This document shows, piece by piece, positions 19,145-30,065 of a stretch of DNA of 57,330 bases. This stretch comes from Microcoleaceae cyanobacterium (GTDB lineage Bacteria > Cyanobacteriota > Cyanobacteriia > Cyanobacteriales > Microcoleaceae), in contig JBOFUV010000086.1 in NCBI GenBank assembly GCA_051652765.1, positions 1-57,330 on the forward strand, in the 5' to 3' direction. The position numbers and the translations under genes were made by a program. Below the pieces are notes generated by a model that saw only the letters and a list, made by a program, of their open reading frames with translations, made no database searches and had not been told where the DNA came from. The stretch's first letter is position 1, and each line of letters opens with the position of its first letter.

Positions 19145-20668
19145 TCAGTTCCTCCATCTCCGCCGGGACGATGAACTGGACGGTTCAGCAGGCTCCTGGT
19201 TTGGCTCTTCCTTCGAAGGGTCTGTGGAGCGCCCAGACTCTTGATTCCGCTCTTGTTTGGGGCCTTGGCGAGTTTTTTCTTTGAGCCAATCTTGCCCCAG
19301 TTGAATCGTGACATCAGACTGGAGGTTTCCGGTGCTTTCCACCACAACTTTTCCAAACCCTAACCTCTGGCGGACAATTTCTGCGACATCTGTATCTCCA
19401 TCCTGAGCAACAATGCGAGTCACCTCTAAGGGTTCAGTCCAAGGTTTAGAGATATTAATATTCCAGAAGCCCTCCTGGTTCAGCCGCACTACCAGGTTAT
19501 CCACTGCACCCCAATCATCAGTACTATCCTGAATAGCAATTCTCAGATCCCGAGGATCGGTATCCTCAAACCGCCAAGAGTCGTAGCCAAAGTCAAAATG
19601 CTTGGCCATCATCGTATCGAGCCGATTGTAATCCGGCAGCCAATAGCTGGCGTTGTATTCTCCAGGTTCACTGAATTTGCCAGGAATCATCAACATCTCA
19701 GCATCTTCTCGGTTGACCTCAGTTGCAAAGCTCACCAATGCCACTAGCTCTTCCAAGCTGAGATTGGTATCGATATGGGACTGGATAATTGACACCAGTT
19801 TGGGCAAGCGAGAGATGGTTTCCACATCGATAGCTTGCTCCATGAAGGCTCGCATCAACATCTGCTGTCGCTGCACCCGACCAATATCCCCCAGGCTGTC
19901 CTGACGAAACCGAAGAAATTGCAGGACTTGACTGCCGTTTAGCCGTTGTTTCCCTTGCTTCAAGTCGATATAGAGGTGCTGACTTTCATCGGTATATTTC
20001 ATGTCCTTAGGAACATATATCTCTAGCCCCCCCAACGCATCAATTAACTTCTCCACGCCCTGAACATTGACTCGCACATAGCGATCAATTCCTACGCCGC
20101 CGAGGAGTTCACTCGTTGCTTTTGCACTCAAAGCAGGGCCACCGGAGCGATTGGCATCGTTAATTTTAGCCATGCCTTTGCCCTCAATGTAAGTGCGGGT
20201 GTCCCGTGGAATCGATAAAACTTTGAGCTTGTCTTGGGTAGGCTCAAAGCGCACCAACAACATAGTGTCCGCTAGTCCCTGAAAAGAATCGACTAGGGCA
20301 TGATAGCCCAAATCTTCTTCCGGAGGTTCTTCCAAATCTGCGGTAACGACCTTAATCCCCATCACCAGAATATTCACTGGGCGAGTCAGTTCCGGTAGGC
20401 GCAGATTTACCCTTGCCATTTCACTCTGAGAGAACACGGCGGCATCCTCGGGGCTAAGTTTCTGCTGCATCAACGGAGTCGTTGACAAAGAAACCGCCAA
20501 TAGTGCTCCAGCCGTTGCTGAAATCATTGCAACACCCGCTAACCCCAGAGACAACCCTAACCACTGTCCTGACTTGGACTGAGTAAGCTTCTTCAAGGGC
20601 GCTTGGCCAGGAAGAGGTTTCAGGGGTCTATTATGATAATTTTTGTAAGCTGACACAGGCTTCCTCAC
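19145..20668 (-). CDS. LCP (LytR-CpsA-Psr) family protein with LytR_C domain
   Basis: TM; NILVMG, ADTMLL, LSIPRDT, RFRQDSLGDIGRVQRQQ; C-terminal DVTIQLGQDW. Confidence 0.95.
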   Translation of the reverse strand: MRKPVSAYKNYHNRPLKPLPGQAPLKKLTQSKSGQWLGLSLGLAGVAMISATAGALLAVSLSTTPLMQQKLSPEDAAVFSQSEMARVNLRLPELTRPVNILVMGIKVVTADLEEPPEEDLGYHALVDSFQGLADTMLLVRFEPTQDKLKVLSIPRDTRTYIEGKGMAKINDANRSGGPALSAKATSELLGGVGIDRYVRVNVQGVEKLIDALGGLEIYVPKDMKYTDESQHLYIDLKQGKQRLNGSQVLQFLRFRQDSLGDIGRVQRQQMLMRAFMEQAIDVETISRLPKLVSIIQSHIDTNLSLEELVALVSFATEVNREDAEMLMIPGKFSEPGEYNASYWLPDYNRLDTMMAKHFDFGYDSWRFEDTDPRDLRIAIQDSTDDWGAVDNLVVRLNQEGFWNINISKPWTEPLEVTRIVAQDGDTDVAEIVRQRLGFGKVVVESTGNLQSDVTIQLGQDWLKEKTRQGPKQERNQESGRSTDPSKEEPNQEPAEPSSSSSRRRWRN

Positions 20669-20752
20669 ACACGAAAAAATCGTTACTTGTAATCCACTGA
20701 GCAGGTTGCAAAAGTTTACAGAACCCTACAAACCCCCAAAGACCAAGATAAC

Positions 20753-21127
20753 TTAGGACAAATGTTTTCCGATCATTCGCTCAGATACCTGACTTACTCC
20801 CGGAAGCCAGAGAGGCTGACGCCGCCAAACTCGAACCATCAGTCCAAAGCAGCTAATAAAATAGCTGGTCGTTAACACACTACTGGTTAACAAAAAAGGA
20901 AGTTCAGCAGATTCCGCAGTTTGAGCACCTAGTCCCAGCAACAGGTTCCCTAGCAACCAACCCAAGGCAAGGGTCACCACTAAACGGCTAGTTGCCCGCT
21001 CTTGAGAATTGCCCTGGCTCCGATAGAGTGTCCAGAGAGCAGGGAAAAAACCAATGACAGGAACAAGATAAACAAACAAATGCCAGGATGGGCTCTGCTG
21101 TTCAGATACAAAATTAGTCCTATCCAT
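20753..21127 (-). CDS. conserved cyanobacterial membrane protein
   Basis: YLVPVIGFFPALWTL; 3 hydrophobic segments; GGAGG RBS. Confidence 0.8.
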   Translation of the reverse strand: MDRTNFVSEQQSPSWHLFVYLVPVIGFFPALWTLYRSQGNSQERATSRLVVTLALGWLLGNLLLGLGAQTAESAELPFLLTSSVLTTSYFISCFGLMVRVWRRQPLWLPGVSQVSERMIGKHLS

Positions 21128-21205
21128 GGGGCCTCCTGAAGCCTTAACATCAAACTTAACCTTAAAAAAAATTAATCAGCTAAACCAATCAGCTAAGTTG
21201 GTGAC

Positions 21206-21308
21206 TACAGCAATCTGATTTGAAGTCTGAACGTGGAGTGGGTCTCTTGCCTATGCAGGCTAGAAGCTCGTACCACAGACATAGCATCAATCATTACTGA
21301 TCGCTATA
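21206..21308 (+). mobile_element. MITE family A copy 2
   Basis: TACAGCAATCTGATTTGAAGT identical to 12441; right end TCATTACTGATCGCTATA; degenerate REP-like core. Confidence 0.75.
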
Positions 21309-21478
21309 AACATAAGTACTGAATGTCAAGTACTCAACTTGTATTGCTGGCAACCCTTGTTGCCTCTCACCAAACCCTGAATCTAAAACCGGCGAGACTT
21401 AAGATGCTAACGACCATACAGCTTAACAAATTCTGATAAACTGATTACACTGTCAGATGTAGGAGAACATAGTACACC

Positions 21479-22180
21479 ATGACCCAATCCCAGAAGCAAA
21501 CTGTTATCGCTCCGTCTATCCTATCTGCCGATTTTAGTCGTTTGGGAGAGGAAGTGAGGGCCGTGGATGAAGCAGGTGCAGATTGGATTCACGTTGACGT
21601 GATGGATGGCCGCTTTGTACCTAATATTACCATTGGTCCCCTGGTTGTAGAAGCCCTTCGGCCCGTGACCCGCAAGCCTCTAGATGTCCATTTGATGATC
21701 GTAGAGCCTGAGAAGTACGTTGAAGACTTTGCCAAAGCGGGAGCTGATATCATTTCCGTTCATGCTGAGCATAATGCCTCACCTCACTTGCATCGCACCT
21801 TGTGTCAGATTCGGGAGTTGGGTAAGCAGGCTGGGGTTGTGTTGAATCCTTCAACGCCTCTAAATTTGATTGAGCATGTCCTTGAAGTCTGCGATCTCGT
21901 TTTAATCATGAGCGTCAACCCTGGTTTTGGGGGCCAAAGCTTTATTCCCGGAGTCGTTGACAAGATTCGCAAGCTGCGCCTGATGTGTGATGAACGCGGA
22001 CTTGATCCTTGGATTGAAGTCGATGGTGGTTTGAAGGGCAATAACTCTTGGCAAGTCCTTGAAGCTGGAGCCAATGCAATCGTAGCAGGCTCAGCCGTTT
22101 TTAAAGCTCCTAGCTACGCAGAGGCGATCGCCGGAATTCGCAACAGCAAGCGCCCTGAACCTCAGTTGGCCGCCGTTTAA
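21479..22180 (+). CDS. rpe: ribulose-phosphate 3-epimerase
   Basis: [36 protein letters not shown]. Confidence 0.99.
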   Translation: MTQSQKQTVIAPSILSADFSRLGEEVRAVDEAGADWIHVDVMDGRFVPNITIGPLVVEALRPVTRKPLDVHLMIVEPEKYVEDFAKAGADIISVHAEHNASPHLHRTLCQIRELGKQAGVVLNPSTPLNLIEHVLEVCDLVLIMSVNPGFGGQSFIPGVVDKIRKLRLMCDERGLDPWIEVDGGLKGNNSWQVLEAGANAIVAGSAVFKAPSYAEAIAGIRNSKRPEPQLAAV

Positions 22181-22253
22181 ACTTCTTATAGAGTGACAGG
22201 TTAAAGCTCTGAGTTCAAACTTACTTTAAGTTCAAACAAACTAAAGTTCAAGA

Positions 22254-22300
22254 CCAAAAAGCTGGAGGTCAGTTGGTTAGGCTGATGTTCAGCTTTTTGG
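22254..22300. terminator. bidirectional intrinsic terminator
   Basis: CCAAAAAGCTGGA...TTCAGCTTTTTGG stem between convergent rpe and the 22349-22627 gene. Confidence 0.75.
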
Positions 22301-22348
22301 GTTGCAGACTGTTAGTTTCAAACTGCTTTAAAAAGAAACCTGGATGGC

Positions 22349-22627
22349 TTAGCAGCGTTGAGTAATGCCGCGTAGGGACTCAAGGAGGTTGCTATATTCA
22401 ACTTGGGTTAAGGCTCCAGATCCATAGAACTGGGACAGACAACCATTCAAGGAGTTGAAAACTGACTCGGCTCGAATCCATTGCTTGCCTCCAGCTAGGG
22501 CTTGTTCTGCCGTGGGGTAATCTTCATTTGAAGTAAGCTGCACGCCGTAGGGCAGAGCAATTTGCCACCTCCAGCGATCGCGCTGACTCAGGGTAGAGAT
22601 CCCTAAACCGTAGTAATCCTGATGCAT
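22349..22627 (-). CDS. hypothetical protein (92 aa)
   Basis: protein-like composition (WRWQI.LP.G..LTS...Y.T.EQAL..G..W); contains HIP1. Confidence 0.7.
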   Translation of the reverse strand: MHQDYYGLGISTLSQRDRWRWQIALPYGVQLTSNEDYPTAEQALAGGKQWIRAESVFNSLNGCLSQFYGSGALTQVEYSNLLESLRGITQRC

Positions 22628-23017
22628 GAATGCCTGATTATGAAAGTGTTTTTACAATTGCTGCTTCACTGTAATTGCTTCACTATAGTTGCTTACTTCA
22701 TGACAGGTGATGAAGAATTTCGACGGGGATTGATCCTCTTGTTGACAACGTTAATCGGGTTTACTTTCAGACATAGCACCTCTGAGGACAAGTATTAATC
22801 CCTAGGGCCTGTTGCAATTCTTAATGCTTTCTCGGTCTTTCTACCCTGAAAGATTGATAAACTGACCTACAAGCCTATTTTAAGAGCCTCAGCAGAGCTT
22901 CAGCAGGGTTGGCTTGTTTGCTTAAAATTAAGCTGTTTCAACAGTTTTTTTGTATTTCAACAAGCTACCTGATTGAGCATAACTTTATGAAAGCATTCTG
23001 ATTGCACAATTTACACC

Positions 23018-24178
23018 ATGGTAGATTCCTTAAAGAAACCTGTTTTTGAAGAGATGCGGCCTGGGGTTAAAGTCCCAGCAAAAGAAACAATTTTGACTCC
23101 CCGGTTCTACACTACAGATTTTGAGGGGATGTCTAAAATGGACATCTCTGTGAATGAAAAAGAACTACAGGCCATCCTAGAAGAATTCCGCGTTGATTAC
23201 AATCGCCATCACTTTGTCCGGGATGAGGAGTTTGAGCAATCTTGGGATCACATTGATGGGGAAACTCGCCAACTTTTCGTTGAGTTTTTAGAGCGATCCT
23301 GTACCGCTGAATTCTCTGGATTTCTCCTTTACAAGGAACTGAGTCGTCGTCTCAAGGACAAGAGCCCGGTTTTAGCAGAGTGTTTTCAACTCATGTCTCG
23401 AGATGAGGCGCGTCATGCCGGGTTCCTCAATAAAGCGATGTCCGACTTCAATCTTAATTTAGACTTGGGATTTTTAACCAAGAGTCGGAGCTACACGTTT
23501 TTTGAACCCGAGTTTATTTTCTACGCGACCTATCTCTCTGAGAAAATTGGCTACTGGCGCTACATTATGATCTATCGCCATCTAGAACAGCATCCAGAAG
23601 ACCAGATTTATCCAATTTTCCGCTTCTTTGAAAATTGGTGTCAGGATGAGAATCGCCATGGTGACTTTTTTGATGCCGTCATGCGGGCTCAGCCTCAGAT
23701 GCTCGATCGGCCAACATCTTGGGTTGAAAAGCTGAAAAATATACCGCGATCACTCTCTGGAAAAGCTTGGAGTCGCTATTTTATGGTGACCTTGTTTCCT
23801 GCTAAGCTTTGGTGTCGGTTCTTCTTGCTCTCTGTCTTTGCAACCATGTATCTCAACGATACTCAGCGCGCTGGCTTTTATGCGACCCTAGGTTTAGATG
23901 CGCGGGAGTATGACAAAGCGGTGATTCAGAAAACGAATGAAACCTCTGCTAAGGTCTTCCCTATTGTTCTAGACGTAGACAATCCAGAATTCTACGAGCG
24001 ACTAGAAGTTTGTATCAAAAACAATCAGAAGCTCACGGAAATTGTTAATTCCAGCCAGCCCAAGGTCTTGCAAACGCTCAAGAAAATCCCTCTTTATATT
24101 GCCAATGGTGGGCAGTTCTTGAAATTGTTCTTGATGAAGCCGATTGAAGTTGCTGCCATGGGAAAAGCAGTTCATTAA
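23018..24178 (+). CDS. acsF: Mg-protoporphyrin IX monomethyl ester oxidative cyclase
   Basis: [46 protein letters not shown] di-iron motifs. Confidence 0.99.
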   Translation: MVDSLKKPVFEEMRPGVKVPAKETILTPRFYTTDFEGMSKMDISVNEKELQAILEEFRVDYNRHHFVRDEEFEQSWDHIDGETRQLFVEFLERSCTAEFSGFLLYKELSRRLKDKSPVLAECFQLMSRDEARHAGFLNKAMSDFNLNLDLGFLTKSRSYTFFEPEFIFYATYLSEKIGYWRYIMIYRHLEQHPEDQIYPIFRFFENWCQDENRHGDFFDAVMRAQPQMLDRPTSWVEKLKNIPRSLSGKAWSRYFMVTLFPAKLWCRFFLLSVFATMYLNDTQRAGFYATLGLDAREYDKAVIQKTNETSAKVFPIVLDVDNPEFYERLEVCIKNNQKLTEIVNSSQPKVLQTLKKIPLYIANGGQFLKLFLMKPIEVAAMGKAVH

Positions 24179-24198
24179 AATAACGATAATACTAGAAC

Positions 24199-24227
24199 AA
24201 AAGGCTCTCCAATTGGAGAGCCTTTTT
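24199..24227. terminator. bidirectional intrinsic terminator
   Basis: perfect palindrome AAAAGGCTCTCCAATTGGAGAGCCTTTT between convergent acsF and cbiX. Confidence 0.85.
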
Positions 24228-24365
24228 GCATCATTAGGCAGTTGTATGGGTACTGAATTAATGCAATGGCTCAATGAATAACAAACATTTCCTGAGGACA
24301 ATCAATAACATTTCCTTCAGGAACCTTGACCCATTTTTGTCAGCTCGATCCCTGAACCCCAAATC

Positions 24366-25391
24366 TTAAGGCACTTGCCAAATTCTTTTATGATACTGTT
24401 CAGGGATTGCATAGGGGTCAACAGGAGGATGATCATGAGCGTGACCGTGACTGTGATCATGAACGTGATCACCATGATGACTATGGCCATGATCTGAGTC
24501 AGAATGACCTTGGCTAGAGAGGGCGGCCAGTCGGAACTTACAGGCTTCACAATTCATCTGAACCTGACCCAGTTGAGTCTCCAACTCCCGTTCTCGCAGA
24601 AGATATATCAAATCGGCATGAATCCCCATCTCTGGCAGACAGACCATATTGATTTCAGGATATTGCTCTTGTTGCCGAGCGGTCGTATCAAAAATCTTCT
24701 GAACTAAAACTCCAGTAAATAAGAAATAGGGCAAAACAATAATCCGTCGAGGGCCATACAAACGGGCCCTCTGGAACCCCTCCTCCAGCCGAGGATGGGT
24801 AATGCCAATGAAGCAGGTTTCAACGGTCAGATAACCACTTCCCTCCCAAAGCATTCGAGCGAGCTTGCAAACATCCCCATTTGCATCAGGATCACTCGCT
24901 CCTCGTCCAACAAACAGCAAAACTGTTTCAGACCGAGGAATGTTGTGTGGGTTAGCACTAGATTGGTCGAGTTCCCAAAAGCGCGATCGCCATAACTCTA
25001 AAATTTTGGGACTAATGCCAAAATGACGACCATAGTGGAATTTAACTTGAGGATGGCGCTCTCTGGCCCGATCCAGTTCGTTGGTAATGTCAAACTTGTT
25101 ATGACGAGCCGCAAAGAGCAGCAGCGGCAACGCCGACAGTTCCTCATACCCTTGGTCAACACACTGATCGACGGCTTGCTGAATCGTGGGTTCAGTCAGC
25201 TCCAAGAAGCAAGGAATGACCGGACGGGAATTATCCAGTGCCGAATACGCCTGAGCAAACTCCAAAAAAGTTTGTCTCCCTTCCTGATCTCGAGTGCCAT
25301 GACCAATCAAAAGGAGGGGACGATGTAGGGCTAGTGGAGGCAGATCATCTCTACTCTCCAGTGGTGGAAGGACTGGAATCAGCTTTGTCAT
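24366..25391 (-). CDS. cbiX: sirohydrochlorin cobaltochelatase
   Basis: [36 protein letters not shown], His-rich tail; ATG 25391 with AGGAG RBS (track starts at 25415). Confidence 0.95.
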   Translation of the reverse strand: MTKLIPVLPPLESRDDLPPLALHRPLLLIGHGTRDQEGRQTFLEFAQAYSALDNSRPVIPCFLELTEPTIQQAVDQCVDQGYEELSALPLLLFAARHNKFDITNELDRARERHPQVKFHYGRHFGISPKILELWRSRFWELDQSSANPHNIPRSETVLLFVGRGASDPDANGDVCKLARMLWEGSGYLTVETCFIGITHPRLEEGFQRARLYGPRRIIVLPYFLFTGVLVQKIFDTTARQQEQYPEINMVCLPEMGIHADLIYLLRERELETQLGQVQMNCEACKFRLAALSSQGHSDSDHGHSHHGDHVHDHSHGHAHDHPPVDPYAIPEQYHKRIWQVP

Positions 25392-25437
25392 TTCTAAGGT
25401 TCCTCTCCTGTGCAAGGCAGGAAATAGGGTAGTTAGT

Positions 25438-25550
25438 GCAACAGTCAGGCATTCTGGCTTGCTAAGTTTAGGGAGTTAGCTTACAGTTGCCGCACAGCCT
25501 CGGACTCTCACCGGAGTTTCCCTGGTCTGTTACAGGATTAACTAGATTAA
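25438..25550 (-). promoter_or_regulatory. cobalamin riboswitch
   Basis: minus strand AGGGAAACTCCGGTGAGAGTCCGAGGCTGTGCGGCAACTGTAA...AAGCCAGAATGCCTGAC directly upstream of cbiX. Confidence 0.92.
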
Positions 25551-25775
25551 CTAACGTTATGTTATCACAGCAAATTCAATTACAAATTACTGATCAGCAA
25601 TCCCTCAGATTGTCATTTTCTCTATCCTTTCAACTGTTATTTTTTCTGAACTAACTTAACCTTTATTTCATAATTTTCTAAAACAATTTGACAAGAACCT
25701 AGCAAGATTCGTTACATGACGATACAATCCAATGTGATAAACTCATTCTCAATTTTGCGTTCTTAAAGAATTGCC

Positions 25776-26045
25776 ATGACCGATCAAATCATAGATTCCC
25801 AAGAGTTTCTGCCCCGTGAGGTTAGGGTAAGCCAACTTCGCAATCTGATTGAAACTTTACACATTGCTGATGAAATTGCAATCAAGGGCTATTTGATTAG
25901 TAGCTCCGAATTGGCAGATTTGATGGATATCAATGCCAGCGCAGTCACAAGCCGAGGAGATAACTGGGCATGGCGGAACTGGGAAGTGTCCAGGGTACGG
26001 CGTGAAGGAAACCAGATTCTCTGGCAGTTGGAGCGGGTAGACTAA
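25776..26045 (+). CDS. conserved cyanobacterial hypothetical protein
   Basis: QLRNLIETLHIADEIA..GYLISSSELADLMD.NASAVTSRG..W.WRNW..SRVRREGNQILWQ. Confidence 0.85.
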   Translation: MTDQIIDSQEFLPREVRVSQLRNLIETLHIADEIAIKGYLISSSELADLMDINASAVTSRGDNWAWRNWEVSRVRREGNQILWQLERVD

Positions 26046-26228
26046 TGAGCAACTCACTCTCTGAAGCTGTTCCAAAGGGCCTTACTTTCAGGGAATTAAC
26101 ATTAGGCTAGCTTAAAGTAAGCTGTGGAATCATTCAAGCAGCGCTAAAGTTGTAGTATGTTAATTTTTTAGTCCAGATTCTTAGTCCAGATTTTCAGCCC
26201 AAACTTTCTGAATATTTTTCTGAACCCT

Positions 26229-28616
26229 ATGCAACTTGCTCAAACTCCCTCAACCCTTAATGCTGCATCAGAAAAAAGCTCAAAGGAGATTTTGATGTTG
26301 GAGGTGGGAGGAATGAAATGTGCAGGTTGCGTTAAAGCGGTTGAACGTCAACTGACTCAGCAGTCCGGCGTGATTTCCGCAACGGTAAACTTAGTAACAG
26401 AAATTGCAATCGTCGAATATCGCCTGGGAGAGGTTAACCCAGGAGTTCTAGCGGAACAGTTGGCCAAACAATTAACCCTCACCGGATTTCCCGCTCAACC
26501 CCGCCAGTCCTCCAAGCTGGGAAGTCCCGATACTGAAAACTCCTGGACTGAACGTCATCGCCAGGAAACGGGGCAACAAATTTGGCGAATTATAACCTGC
26601 GGCATTCTGATTCTCCTCTCTGGCATGAGCCACCTCCACCACTTGAACTGGGGTCATTTACCCCTCGTGAACACGATCGGGTTTCATTGGGGATTGGCAA
26701 CTCTGGCGTTTTTGGTTCCGGGTCGTGCGATTGTAGTGGATGGGTTTCGCAGTTGGAGGCGCAATGCTCCCAATATGAACACTCTAGTCAGCCTGGGAAC
26801 CTTAACAGCCTATGGCACCAGTTGCGTGGCGTTGCTGTTGCCGCAGTTGGGCTGGGAGTGTTTTTTTGATGAGCCTGTGATGATGTTGGGATTTATCCTC
26901 CTGGGTAAAACCTTAGAACAACAGGCTAGGTTTCGGGCGGCCCGGGCCTTGCGATCGCTCCTAGCCCTCCAACCTGCAACCGCTCACTTAGTCACCCATC
27001 CCATCCCCAGCCCTCTAGATAATGGAGCCAGTTTACTCTCCCTACAGTCCTTACAATCTATTGAAATCCCCGCTGACCAAGTTAGGGTGGGAGAGTGGCT
27101 CCAGATCCTTCCTGGAGAGAAAATTCCGGTCGATGGAGATGTTCGCCAGGGCAAAACAACGGTGGATGAGTCAATGCTTACGGGAGAAGCCCTGCCTGTA
27201 TTGAAGCAAGGGGGCGATTTTGTGAGTGCAGGAACCCTGAATCATTCCGGCGTTATTCTCATGGAAGCAACCCGAACTGGGGAAGAAACGACTCTGGCCC
27301 AGATTATTCAACTGGTTGAGACGGCCCAAACCCGCAAAGCTCCGATTCAAACCCTGGCGGATGCGGTAGCAGGGTACTTTACCTATGGCGTGATTAGCCT
27401 AGCCGCGTTCACCTTTTTGTTCTGGTATTGTGTTGGTGTTAATCTGTGGCCCCAGGTTCTCACCCTGACCAATGTTGAGACCACCTTTGCTCCCCTCATG
27501 CTGAGCTTGAAGCTAGCGATCGCCGTGCTAGTGATTGCCTGCCCCTGTGCGATGGGATTGGCAACTCCAACAGCCATCTTAGTCGGTTCAGGGATTGGGG
27601 CAGAACAAGGACTGTTAATTAAGGGTGGGGATATTTTAGAGCGGGTTCATCGACTTAATATTGTCGTGTTTGATAAAACCGGAACCCTAACAACAGGTCA
27701 GCCCCAGATCACGGATTGTATTACCAACGAAGCTCTAACCCCTAATCTAACCCCTGATTCCCTCCTACAACTTGCAGCAACCGTAGAACAAGGATCATGT
27801 CATCCCATCGCTCAAGCCCTTTGTGCAGCGGCCAACCAACAGGGTTTACTCAAACAAGCCGCTGAAGATTTTTATACAGAGCCAGGATTGGGAGTGTCAG
27901 CCACAGTTGAGGGCCAAACTGTTTTGGTTGGTAATGCGGCGTGGTTGAATCATCATCACGTTGATCTAGAATCCAATTTGCCCGATCTTCCAGGCAAGAC
28001 CCTGGTTCATCTCGCGATCGCCGATCAATGGGTTGGAACCCTAGGAATGCAGGATGCTCTCAGACCTGAAGCCAAATCAACAATTGAACAGTTGCAAAAG
28101 ATGGGACTGCGGGTGATGCTCTTGACCGGCGATCGCCGTGAAGTCGCTGAATCTATAGCCCAAGCCCTAAACCTTGATCCAGCGGATGTCCTAGCAGATG
28201 TTCGACCTGAGGACAAAGTCAAGACCATTACAAACTTACAAGCCCAGGGCCAACAGGTCGCCATGGTCGGAGATGGCATCAATGATGCTCCAGCCTTAAC
28301 CCAAGCAGATGTTGGTATTGGTCTCCGTACAGGAACAGAAGTTTCCATGGAAGCCGCTGACATTGTCTTGATGCAGGATGACCTGATGGCTGTGGTGCGA
28401 TCGATTCGCCTCAGTCAGGCAACATTTAACAAGATCCGTCAGAATCTCTGCTGGGCCTTTGGTTATAATCTTTTGAGTATTCCGGTGGCTGCGGGAATGT
28501 TGCTCCCGAGTTTGGGCGTTGTCTTGAGTCCCGCCAGTGCAGGGGCATTGATGGCATTTAGCTCCGTCAGCGTTGTCACCAATTCTTTGTTGCTTCGACG
28601 TCAATTTCAAGACTAA
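26229..28616 (+). CDS. ctaA: copper-translocating P1B-type ATPase (CtaA-like)
   Basis: GMKCAGC metal-binding domain, CPC, DKTGT, GDGINDAP, YN and MAFSS motifs. Confidence 0.88.
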   Translation: MQLAQTPSTLNAASEKSSKEILMLEVGGMKCAGCVKAVERQLTQQSGVISATVNLVTEIAIVEYRLGEVNPGVLAEQLAKQLTLTGFPAQPRQSSKLGSPDTENSWTERHRQETGQQIWRIITCGILILLSGMSHLHHLNWGHLPLVNTIGFHWGLATLAFLVPGRAIVVDGFRSWRRNAPNMNTLVSLGTLTAYGTSCVALLLPQLGWECFFDEPVMMLGFILLGKTLEQQARFRAARALRSLLALQPATAHLVTHPIPSPLDNGASLLSLQSLQSIEIPADQVRVGEWLQILPGEKIPVDGDVRQGKTTVDESMLTGEALPVLKQGGDFVSAGTLNHSGVILMEATRTGEETTLAQIIQLVETAQTRKAPIQTLADAVAGYFTYGVISLAAFTFLFWYCVGVNLWPQVLTLTNVETTFAPLMLSLKLAIAVLVIACPCAMGLATPTAILVGSGIGAEQGLLIKGGDILERVHRLNIVVFDKTGTLTTGQPQITDCITNEALTPNLTPDSLLQLAATVEQGSCHPIAQALCAAANQQGLLKQAAEDFYTEPGLGVSATVEGQTVLVGNAAWLNHHHVDLESNLPDLPGKTLVHLAIADQWVGTLGMQDALRPEAKSTIEQLQKMGLRVMLLTGDRREVAESIAQALNLDPADVLADVRPEDKVKTITNLQAQGQQVAMVGDGINDAPALTQADVGIGLRTGTEVSMEAADIVLMQDDLMAVVRSIRLSQATFNKIRQNLCWAFGYNLLSIPVAAGMLLPSLGVVLSPASAGALMAFSSVSVVTNSLLLRRQFQD

Positions 28617-28960
28617 GGAGCAATGCTCTCCAACAAATCCCAATGACGATTGTTAATAATATTTTGGCTCAGCAGATCAAACATCTGACGGCAGTGGTTG
28701 TTGAATTGCAATGGTAGTTCTTCGTTCTTGGCGACCAAAGTCATTCGAGTCTCTGAATCAGTTGCCGTCGCCGTATTGAACACGACTTCTACAGTAACTA
28801 ACTGCGGAATAGAAACTTGGCCAATATTTTCCCGCGAAATAATCGAACTCGGAGTCTGATAGGTGATCTCTAAGTTACAGTCCTCCAGCAATTCAAGGAG
28901 GAGTTGCCGTAACACTTCAATTCCAACAGCAACCGCAAAATATCCAGTGTAGCGAGCCAT
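28613..28960 (-). CDS. conserved cyanobacterial hypothetical protein
   Basis: MARYT...LVTVEV...KNEELPLQ..NHCRQMF; GGAG RBS; stop overlaps the ATPase stop. Confidence 0.85.
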   Translation of the reverse strand: MARYTGYFAVAVGIEVLRQLLLELLEDCNLEITYQTPSSIISRENIGQVSIPQLVTVEVVFNTATATDSETRMTLVAKNEELPLQFNNHCRQMFDLLSQNIINNRHWDLLESIAP

Positions 28961-29306
28961 AGGTAACTCCAGAAAAACAAAAAATGACCGAAAAAACACA
29001 GATCAATCAAATCAATGAACCTCGCCTCAAAAGACTTATTGATTAAGAGGATTCCTAACCCTGCGAACTCGCAATTACACCTGGAGATTAAGAGGGTTCA
29101 AGTGGGTTTGGGTTTCTAGAATAGTAACTTTGTATTAGAACAATTCCGAGAATTCTCAAAGTTACTTTAAACTATAACAGTTCTCAATGATTTGTAAAAA
29201 AATCCAGGGTTAATGTCTGCTGCCTGGGACAATGATTGACCCAGCAAAAGCTAGACTTGGCTGAGCGCTTACACTACAATTTCACAATCCCAAACCGGTT
29301 ATTCGA

Positions 29307-29340
29307 ACAGATTGTTCAGACAGATTGTTCAGACAGATTG
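29307..29340. repeat. 13-bp tandem repeat
   Basis: ACAGATTGTTCAG x2 plus ACAGATTG. Confidence 0.8.
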
Positions 29341-29372
29341 CGCGCAATCTTACCCACAAGGGGCTATTTACA

Positions 29373-30023
29373 ATGCAAGGAAAACTGATCGTTTTTGAAG
29401 GGGGTGAAGGCGTTGGCAAGACTACTCAGATTCAACAAACGAGGGATTGGTTGAAAATCCAGAAAATCGGTTCAAATCGACCGATTATCACGACTCGCGA
29501 ACCCGGTGGAACCGATCTGGGGCAATTACTGCGAAAGCTGCTGTTAGAGTGCAACGGAGATGAGGCCATTGATCCTCGCACTGAGTTGCTCCTCTATGCA
29601 GCAGACCGAGCCCAACACGTTGAACGTCTGCTCAAGCCGATGCTGAACCAAGGGGCAATTATCCTCTGCGATCGCTTCACAGATTCCACCTTGGCCTACC
29701 AAGGGTATGGCCGGGGACTTAGCCTTGACCTCATCAAACAACTGAATCATATTGCCACTGGGGGCTTGCAGGGTGACCTTATCCTCTGGCTCGATATTGA
29801 CGTGGAGGAGGGGTTGGCTCGAACCCGGATTCGAGGGACTTTAGATCGAATGGAACGAGCTGAACTGGGGTTTCATCGTCGGGTCGCCCAAGGGTTCAAG
29901 GAATTGGCCCAAGCCCATCCAGATCGAACCATCCGCATTGATGCCAGCTTGAGTCCAGATCAAGTCACTTTGGAAATCCAACAGGTTTTGGCCCAACAAT
30001 TCAGCACTTGGGGGATGGTTTGA
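29373..30023 (+). CDS. tmk: thymidylate kinase
   Basis: FEGGEGVGKTTQ, TREPGG, CDRF.DST.AYQGYGR; ATG 29373. Confidence 0.97.
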   Translation: MQGKLIVFEGGEGVGKTTQIQQTRDWLKIQKIGSNRPIITTREPGGTDLGQLLRKLLLECNGDEAIDPRTELLLYAADRAQHVERLLKPMLNQGAIILCDRFTDSTLAYQGYGRGLSLDLIKQLNHIATGGLQGDLILWLDIDVEEGLARTRIRGTLDRMERAELGFHRRVAQGFKELAQAHPDRTIRIDASLSPDQVTLEIQQVLAQQFSTWGMV

Positions 30024-30065
30024 CCCATCGCAATTTAGATAGAGTGATTGAGACATAGTAATTTA

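Noticed and set aside
25711..25725. NtcA-like site GTT-N9-TAC (and GTA..TAC pairs upstream of clpC)
   Set aside because: Spacing is not the canonical GTA-N8-TAC
29325..29372. N-terminal extensions of tmk (and lemA, purH, cbiX, TPR) in the ORF track
   Set aside because: Downstream ATG/GTG starts fit homolog N-termini and RBS better; some extensions arise from tandem repeats
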